Part shown: positions 55,714 through 64,000 of the stretch, in pieces
How positions within the stretch are numbered: position 1 is the stretch's first letter
How the letters are laid out: the number at the start of each line of letters is the position of its first letter
From: Camelus dromedarius
Lineage: Eukaryota
NCBI RefSeq assembly: GCF_036321535.1
Contig: NC_087473.1
Location: 14,384,001 to 14,448,000, forward strand
DNA length: 64,000 nt
Direction of reading: 5' to 3'
The notes under the pieces: model-generated
Told to the model about the DNA's origin: nothing
Databases searched by the model: none
What the model saw: only the letters and a program-made list of their open reading frames with translations
Translations under genes and position numbers: made by a program

Positions 55714-58700
55714 AACGAGAGCCCGGAGGCGTGTGCAGACGCGCGTGAGACCGGCGGCCGGGGTCTGGGGCGCCGGAGAGGAGCGAGGAAAGCATCGCCA
55801 GTGGAGGTTGCAGAGGGTGGGCAGCACGTACCCGGAATGAGGCCGAGAGAGACGTCAACAGGCTAACGAGTGCTCCTGTCTTGCTCGCGTGCTGTGTGAT
55901 TGTCCGGGGGTCGCCGAGTGGTGATGTTCCGGCCCAGTCCGGTGGGGCTTTTGAAGCGGCTGCCCGTGTGTGGCAGAGAGGCGGGCCTGTGGGAGTGGAG
56001 GACGTGGGAAGGGCAGGCCTCGGCTGCTGCTCCGGGGATGCCAGGTTGCCTCCGAACAGGGCAGGGTCCGGGAGCAGGAGGCAACGAAAGAGACAAGCTG
56101 GCGTGCTGGGGACCTGTTGCGCAGGCCGGGGAAGGAGACGGGGACCGGTGCTGGCGGGCAGGGGCCTCGGGGCCCGCTGTGGCTTGGGTTCAGCGTTCAC
56201 CCTGCTCGCGGAGCCTCACGCAGCCCCCTCCGTCTGGGGTGTGCGCCACACGTCGGCCCCACGCCAGACGGGCGACTTCTTAAGCCCAGGGCCCCCGTCC
56301 GCCCCCAGGCGCCCCAGGAGGCAGGCTGTGAGTGTGGAATCCTTCCGGGCACGACCCCGCTCAGCCCTGGCTGGGTGGGGCTGTGCAGGACTCCAAGCAA
56401 GTGTGAGGGAAGGCGTGTGTGAGCTGTGGCTGTGGCCCCGTGCCGGCGCGTGAGGTTGTGCGGGTGAGGGAGCAGGGGAGCAGGCGGGCAAGGGTGCCGG
56501 GCTGTTTGCGGGCAGGGGCTGGGCGAGAGCGGGAAAGCCCGGCGCCTCCGGGGGCTGGGGCAGCAGCGAGAGATTGCTGGCTTTCAGGCTCCGGGGTCTT
56601 GGGGAGGGGAGGAACTGGCAGACAGGAGCCCCTTCCCCCTGCTGGAAAGGCCTCCCGGGGCGTGAGCGCCTTCCTTTCCCTGGGGTCTCCTCGTGGGGCG
56701 CAACAGTCCGAGGGGCGAAGGTCAGGGGGCGGGGCCGCAGGGCCCGCGCCGCCCCAGACCGGCAGTGTGCCGCCTCCCCTCTCTCCCACGCCGGCGGTGC
56801 GCCGCGGCGGGCTATGCCGCTCTTCAGGCTGTGTGACACGTAGGCCGAAAGCTTCTACCCGAGTCTGCGCTGGCTAGCTAAGGGGCCCGAACATTCAGAG
56901 TAACTCACGCTTCTCCTCGGGACACAGTCCCTGCGGCTCTGTCCTGGTCAGGGAACTGCCACCCACACGTCCCTCCAACACACAGCCCCGAGCTGCCTGG
57001 GCTCCAGGCCACCGGAAGGGGACAGTCCTGGGGCACACAGATCTCGGGCAAGGGGCCTCTGGGAGGGATGGCGGCAGGCGGTGGGGGTCTGTTGGGGGGG
57101 TGGCGGGGGGCGAGTGGGCAGGGCTGGGGTGGGGTGCGGGACGGGATGGGGAGGGCAGTCGGTGGCCAGCACCCGGCGGGGCCCTTCCCGAGGGGACAGC
57201 CGCTTTCCGGAGACACCTGAGGTCCCCGCACAAAGCTAGGCACCGTCTCCGCGGCAGCCCGGCCCGGGAGAGAGCGGCGCGTGCCCCCTCTCTCCCTCCC
57301 GGTCCCCTGCAGTCTGGCCGCGTGGTGAGCACCTCTGTCCCCGACGACACCCCACAGCTCCCCTGCTTTGCCGCACTTTGGGGGTGTGCTTGACCGACTG
57401 CCCCAGCAGAACGTTTCACGGTCGTGGAGGGTTGCGGTGGGAGGTTCATGGATCCCAGCCCTCCCTGGCCTCCCAGCGGCACCGGCCACCCGCTGCCAGC
57501 TGCGGCCTGTCGGGTTTGGGGACCCGAAGGCCGGAGAGCCTCCGTGTACAGTCGTAGGGTGGCAGAGGTCGCCTCTTGTCCCGCTCGGGCTGCTGCTGTC
57601 CCCGCCCCTCCCCCAGGTCAGTGCCTAGGTTCCCCTGCTCGGGAGGCACGAGGGCAGCTGCGTTGCAGGGACCCTGCGGCTGGGGCCCAGCGGGTGGGCT
57701 GAGGCGGCCGCGGTGGGCGCCCCGCAGGGCCGCGGCCCCTCAGGCCTCTAGGCCTGGCCAGGGCTCTTGGGAAGGACCTGCCAAAGGGGAAAGACTCGAG
57801 GAACGACTGGGCGGTGTTCTCACAAGGCTCGCTCCACCTTTGCCGCCCCAAGCGCCCGTAGGCGCCACGGCTGGGGTCGGGTCCGGCCTGCCCTGCAGTG
57901 GAGGCGGGGAACGTGTCGAGCCTGCGACGGGTAGGGGAGGAAGGCTTACAGGCGGCCGGCCCCCGTAGGCTCGGGTGCCGTGGCCGGGCCTCGCGGTCCC
58001 ACCCGGAGGACGCGACGCGGCTTAAGTGGGGTTCTGCCTGGGGCTCGGACAAAGCTCAGACGGACGTGGGACCCGGCCAAGCCTGCTGGGGCGTTTCACC
58101 CGGGCAGCCCCAGGCGCGACGACTTGTCCGGCGCGGGTCTCCCTCATCGATGGAAGTGCGCACGGGCAGGCTCCGACTGTCGCAGGACGGGTGGCGCGTA
58201 CGGACGTCGGCCAGGGGCTTGCCGGTGTCCTCCGTGGAAGGGCAGTTTCTGGGTGGGCCTTGCCCGTCTTGCTCCCCCCCTTGCCGCGGGTGCGTCTGTG
58301 TCTGTTCGTCTGACTCTGGCCGGGAGCCCCCCTGTCAGATGCCCCGGCTCCCTGCCCTCCCTCACGCCTCACATGCACGCACGTCCGTGTGCGGCTGGCG
58401 CCTTGCACGTGTCTGGCCTGTGATGCTGCGGCGCGTCCTCCGCTCTTGTCACAGGCGACCCGCGGGAGGTTCTGGGCCAGGGGGCGCCGACGGGTCACCG
58501 CCCGTCTTAAGTCGGCCCCTTGGACGTGGCCTGGCCCACCCGTGACCTGGAGCGTGTGGCCTGAGGGACGTGTAGGCCACGAGGGAGACCTGAGCCGTGG
58601 GCGTGGCCCGCGAAGAAGGATCCAGAGAGGCCGAACGGTAGCCCTGTCATTTAGGAAGCCCCTGAGGCCCCTGAGTGGTAGCCAGGGCTCCGGGCACACG

Positions 58701-61067
58701 AAACGGCATGCTGCCTTCTGCCCGAGGGAGGCGTGAACTGTGGTCCCCGGGGCCTGCAAGGTTCCCCAGGTGGCTCTGCGCGTGAGCGGGCGCGCGGGCG
58801 CGCCTACCCGGGTGTGTCGCGGCAGGCTCTGCGGCAGACGGCAGGACGGGAAGGGTGGCCACCTGACCTTTCCCTCGTCGGCTTCACTGGCTTCTTCCTT
58901 CAGACAGGCGGTGATCCCCACGTTCTTAAGGACCTCGTGTGGGACGCGTCGGCAAGAAAGCTTACACCTGGCCTTCTCGTGCTACAGCAGGACGGCTCTT
59001 GCAAAGGGCCCTGGCTGCCAGGGGCCTCCGAAGGCCGTGTGAGAGGCAACAGGAAGGCAGTTCAGGGCAGACACGTGCTCGTGCAGAGCCGTGGAGGGCA
59101 CGAGCATCTCGCTGGGAAGCTCGCTGGGGGCACTGGGGCGCCCGGGCCATCGGCAGGAAGGGACGGGTGAGCTCCAAGACGGCTAGGCCCCAGTCAGCTC
59201 GAGATTCCTCTCCGCTTTGTCGGAGAGGACCAAGGGAAATGGCGTCGTGCCTGTGTGCTTCCCGCCGTCAGGCAGTCGAAGGCAGACGGGAGAGAAGCCA
59301 ACCCAGGCGGGCGGAAGGCAGCGGTATCAGAAGCGAGAACAAGGACTCTCACGACGGGCTGCGGGAGCGGGGCGAGAGGGGCGCAGGTAAAAATCCTTTC
59401 CCCTGGAAACACAGACGGCGGGCAGCGTGTAGTCGTATAGGTCTGCACGCGTGCAGGCGTGCCTCCGCTCGTGCGTGCGCGTCTGGTGAGGAGGCCTGAG
59501 AGTGGGGCTCGAAGGCAGGCGTGCGTGCACGGACCCTGAAAACGTGACAGGCTTTCGAAACGGACGTCAACTCTGGGCCAGCTGGAATCACCGGGCTGCC
59601 AGAAGAGGCAGTGGGGAAGTCCCGTGCTTTCTGGAGAGACAGGGAAGGTGCGAAGGACGCAGGAAATAGGATAGGGCAGATTGCTTGCCGCGTGCGGAAG
59701 ACCAGGGCCCCCCGCCCCCGCCCTCAGAGCGACAACCGCCTTGGAACCTCGAGCTCCTTGTCGGCCGCTCACGCGTCCTGTCCTCCCTCGGAGCAGGCCG
59801 GCAGGAAACACCTTGCCTTGCTTGTTTGGTAAGGTTCGGGAGGCCGACCAGCAGCGCTGCCTTAGCGACTGGCACACACTGGCTTTGTCGGCGAGAAAGG
59901 CTGCAGTGAAGGCGAAGGCTGGGACGGGTGCTCACCTGGAGGCTGGGCGAGAGCGGAACCACCTCCAAGGGCGTTCACACTGCGGGCAGAAGTCACTTCC
60001 TTCCGTCTGCGGCGCTGAAGGCGTGCCGTGCGGTGGCCGCCGACGCGGGTGGCGTCCTGAACACCTTACTGTCTGGGCTGCCAAACACCACCGTTCGGGG
60101 GGAGGTGGGGGGTCCAGCGTGCCGGCAAACCGCGTCGTCCCTCTCCCTGTCTCTGTCTGCACAGGCTGGCCAGGGCTTCGTCTTGCGCGGTGTCGGGCGA
60201 TCCCGGCGGCGACGGATGCCGGTCACCTTTGCTGGCTGGGAGAAAGGCACGGCCTGGCCGCTCTAGCACAGGAAGGGCGTCGTGCAATGGTGTGGACGCG
60301 CCCACGTCCAGACTGTGGGGTTCCGCTGGCCCGGGCGGAGAGGTCTTCTGTTTCCGGGCAGCGTGGCTTTCCGCAAGACTTTATGTGTCTGTGGGAGCTA
60401 ACAGAGATCCCGGGAACGGGAGGGGAGGGGGCGAGGGAGGGAGGGAGGGAGCGGAAGGGGAGACACTCACACGCACACGCACACACACGCGCACACGCAG
60501 AGACACACAGACAGAGACACGGAGAGTCACAGCAAGGGGGAGACAGGGAGAGAGAGCGAGACAAAGAGAGAGCACTCTGCTGCATGGCTTTTCGCGTCCT
60601 GAGCCCAGCAGTTCACCGCTGACAGACACTGGCTGGAAGCAGAGTACCCAGGCTGTCTTTCCCTCTGGAGCTCAGCAGAGTTCCCAGGGGGTGAAGTGGC
60701 TGCGTGAAACCGGAGCGACAGGTGGTCGGGGCTGGGGAGGGTGGAGGGCACGTGGTGGGAGGTGACAGAACCCGAAGAGGTGTCAGCGGGCCGCCGGGCA
60801 GTGCCAGAGAGATGCAAGGCCGGAGGCCTCCCTGGAGGCAGCGCGCGGCCCAGCTGCCCCCTGGAGGCTGGGCAGGGAGCTGGGCTGAACGCTGGGGCTG
60901 CGGAGGCCAGGCGGCGGGCCGGGTTCCCTGCCGGGGGGGGCGGGGCCTTGCAGGGTGACGCCCACTGGCCGCTCCCCGACTGGTCGGGAGGTGGGGCGAG
61001 AGGCCTGGGCCCGACTTGACTGGGGCCTCCTTCCCGCCAAGCTCCAAATTCCCACGGGCCTGCGGGA

Positions 61068-61125
61068 GGCGGGGCGGGGGCGGGGGCGGGGGCGGTGGGC
61101 GGGCACGAGGCCATGCGCATGCGCC
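61068..61125 (+). promoter_or_regulatory. Putative promoter, copy 8: GC-box array plus NRF1-type motif
   Basis: Four GGGCGG units; TGCGCATGCGCC at 61114-61125. Confidence 0.6.
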
Positions 61126-61444
61126 CCAGCTGCCCGGGGGCCGCGCAGCAGGCCGCCGGGGCCGAGTGACAGCGACCCCGACCCCTGGAAGACCCAAGCG
61201 CCGGCGCCAGCGCCGACGCGCGGGGACCTCGGCCGCTCGGCCGGCTCCTCCGGCCACGTGCTGCGCCTCCGCCTCCCGCTCCTTGCTCCTGGGCCTTGGC
61301 AGCTGCGGCTCGCAGCTCAGGGCCAGGGCCACACGGCCAGTGAGGCGGGGGCCCGGGGAAGGCGGGCCTCCCCAGGAATCCTGGGTGGCCTTAGCTGTGG
61401 GAGGGGGTCTTCAGGAGGCAGGGGCCCGCGGGCGTCCCGGTGCC

Positions 61445-62144
61445 ATGGCAGGGCTGTGGACAGAGCAGGCACTAGCGGGTGGCAGGTGCGAGGAGGCCAG
61501 CAGCCTCAGGGTGGAGGCCGTGCGGCAGGGAGCGTCGGCGGCGGCTGAGGCGGCGGCGGCGGCGGCGGCAGCGGCAGCTGCATCGTCGGAGGCGGAGGTT
61601 GTGGGCATGGGGGAGGCCTTGGTGCTGCTGGCAGACGACATCATGGAGGCTGTGGTGGAGGTGGTGGCGGAGGAGCAGGAGGAGCAGGAGTCGCAGGAGG
61701 AGGAGGAGGAGGAGGAGGAGGAGGAGGAGGAGGAGGAGGAGGAGGAGGAGGAGGTGGAGGAGGTGGTGGAGGAGGTGGTGCAGGCCAAGGAGCGGGAAGA
61801 GAAGCCCCGGAAGCAGGGGCGCGCAGAGCCAGGGCGCGGACCCCCGACCTCCCTGAGCCCGCTGGAGGCCCTGGGGGCCCTTCAGTTAGAGCTGAGCGCT
61901 GTGAACGCCCAAGCCAACAGGGCCTACTTGCGGCTCAAGCGCAGGGTCCGTCGGAGGCGGGAGCCTCGTTTGGATCGAAGAAGAGCCATCATCCAGGACA
62001 TCCCCGGCTTCTGGGCCAAAGCTGTATCCTTGCTGCTGCTCCTTGGGGTTGGCTGCTGCCGGAGGGCAGGAGGGGGAACAGGGCGAGAAGGAGGTTGGGC
62101 CAGGGGGAGGGGGAGGAGGAGGGCAGGCGGCAACGGGCTGGGCC

Positions 62145-62175
<31 letters not shown>

Positions 62176-64000
62176 TGGGGGCGGCAAAGGGCAGGGTGGG
62201 GAGGGGAAGCAGGAGGAGAAGGAAGAGGAGGACCGGGAGCGGCGGAACCAGGGGCAGGAGGAAGGGAGGAAGGCGGGCGCCAAGGCCAAGGGAAGAGGGC
62301 TGAGAGTGGAGGCATGGAGGCCTGCAAGGGCACAGCATGAGGGCGCTGAGGGCCAAAGGCCAAACGTGCAGGCGTGGGAGCGCCAACTTTGGGTGGATCC
62401 TTCTGGCCTGGGGCCTGCAGGGGAAGCCTTCCTGGGGTCAAGGAGCGCATGGCAACAGTGAACAGCGCGTGCAGAGCCCCCAGCACCCTCCCCACAGAGC
62501 AGAGAGTGGAAGCGTGCAGTCTCCCGGGGAAATCCCAGGAGACCGGTGGGCGTGCCAGGACCCATCCCAGTCAGCCAGAGGCTGTGGACTTGTTGCCGCC
62601 ACGTCCCTGCCGAAGCAGCAGGTCGTCCGCGGCCAGGTGTGAGCTGCAAGAGGCCCCCGTCCCGGGCAAGACTACGGGACCCCAGACGCCCTCGGGTGGG
62701 CTCCCAGCCTGGCCTCCACCGGCCCTTCTCGTGCAGGCAGAAGCACGTGCCCTCCCCGTTGCACCCTGTGAGTCCCCCGGAGCTGCAGCCCTAGCCACGC
62801 AGACAGACTCCTCTCACCCCGGAGGGCGGCTTGAAGGCCCGGGGCTTCCTGTCAGCACCCGTGGCCCGCCCCCTACTCAGAGGACGCGTGGGTCCACGGG
62901 GGCAGGGCACATCCCGACTCCGCGAGCGGTGACGAGCCTGCAGCCAGCACACACAGGCCAGCCACAGGTCGGGGACGGTCGGGGAACAGGCCCTCCCCGA
63001 GGGGGTGTCGACGGCCCAAGATGCACGGGAAGGCCGGAACCCCGCCGCCACGCGCCTGTGAGACGGCAGGGCAGGGCCCGAGGAGGTCGGCGGGGCGGGG
63101 CGAGGGGGGGTTGGGCAGCAGTGCGCGCCCGGAGTCCTGGCAGATCGCCCGTCCGGTCTCTTCCTCTGGCCCCAGCCTGGCTGTGTTGGCTGTGGCTCTT
63201 CCAGCCGTAGCACGTGAAGGCTCCTTGACCTACTGAAGATTGTGAGTCACCCCCAGCTGTCGGCCTTGATCAGTGACCAAGACGAAGACGTGCTGAGCTA
63301 CATGATCACCTTGGAGGTCAGGCCGGGCAGACGGAGGCCACGGTGGTGGGGTGGGGGGATGCGGGGAGGAGGGGGCCGGGTGTCCCCGAGGGCCGGGTGC
63401 GAGCAGCGGGAGAGCGGAAGGGGAAGTGGTTCATCCCTGCCGGGCAGGCCAGCTCAGGTGGCCGGGAAGAGCCGTCACTCTTCTCCTGCTGTTGGGCGTG
63501 GCAGGCGCAGGAACTGGGCCGCCCCGAGTACCGCTGCAGGTTGATGTTCTTCTTCCGGAGCAACCCCTACTTCTGCAACCAAGTGATCCTTAAGGAGTAT
63601 CACCTTAGCTTCGCAGGTAGGCGGGCTGTCCCGGGATGGGGGAAGGCGGCGGGGCGGGGCGGTGTGTGCCCGGGAGGCCTTGGATGCTGGGCCAGCGGGA
63701 TCCCTCCCCTCAGCGTATGCCCCGCTCTTCCTCTAGGCTACAGGGCGTATAGTTCCACTCCAGTGCAGTGGTTCTGGGATTACGAACGGGGAGCCCCCAG
63801 CCGCAGGTAGGACGCCGTCAGCCTTAACTTCCTCAACTGGTTGTCAGGCCACGACTGCCCCGGGTCTGACAGGATTGCTGAGGTGGGGGTCCCCCGGGGC
63901 CTGGTCGGAAATGGCGACGTCGGCGGTGGCCAGCAGCTCGGGGAAGGGGCGTGGGCCCTGTCCCGACCTGCCCGTTCCCTCCGCCAGATCATCGTCGAGG
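61445..64000 (+). pseudogene. TSPY: TSPY copy 8, probable pseudogene (premature TAG at 63808-63810 in exon 4), 3'-truncated by the window. Exons 61445-62023, 63239-63316, 63505-63616, 63737-63882, 63988->
   Basis: Reads cgc agg TAG where all seven other copies read cgc agg CAG. This would truncate the protein at 280 aa inside the NAP domain. A consensus error cannot be excluded. Confidence 0.75.

Larger units (their letters stand above)
1..64000 (+). repeat. Head-to-tail tandem gene array (macrosatellite), unit ~9.05 kb, 7 full units plus a partial eighth
   Basis: The same 460-aa frame restarts at 10, 9089, 18139, 27203, 36245, 45263, 54299 and 63343. With an arbitrary phase the units are 1-9079, 9080-18129, 18130-27193, 27194-36235, 36236-45253, 45254-54289, 54290-63333 and 63334-64000. 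Units are near-identical and in the same orientation. Confidence 0.99.

Noticed and set aside
1-64000. rDNA, D4Z4/DUX-type macrosatellite, CRISPR array or prokaryotic/viral origin
   Set aside because: No rRNA or homeodomain sequence and no short repeat-spacer pattern. The unit holds a spliceosomal-intron SET/NAP gene.

Overview
Mammalian, very GC-rich (about 70% by eye) head-to-tail tandem array of a ~9.05 kb unit: seven full periods (9079 including a 144-N gap, then 9050, 9064, 9042, 9018, 9036 and 9044 bp) plus 667 bp of an eighth. Each unit carries one + strand, intron-containing TSPY gene (SET/NAP-family testis-specific Y-encoded protein), so this is most likely a Y-chromosome ampliconic TSPY array. 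Eight copies are touched. Copy 1 is 5'-truncated by the window edge. Copies 2-7 have open spliced frames (copy 2 spans the gap). Copy 8 has a nonsense change in exon 4. Main observations: intron 1 has a U12-type (minor spliceosome) signature in all seven copies that include it; every resolved copy has a different poly-Ala/poly-Glu N-terminus while exons 2-5 are unchanged apart from the copy 8 stop; the putative promoter has a variable number of GC boxes next to an NRF1-type motif; paralogous variants are mosaic, as expected from gene conversion; and by eye the unit has no canonical poly(A) hexamer and no recognisable transposon. Most ORFs in the supplied track are chance ORFs of GC-rich DNA. 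The terminal exon and the species are not resolved. All comparisons were made by eye.
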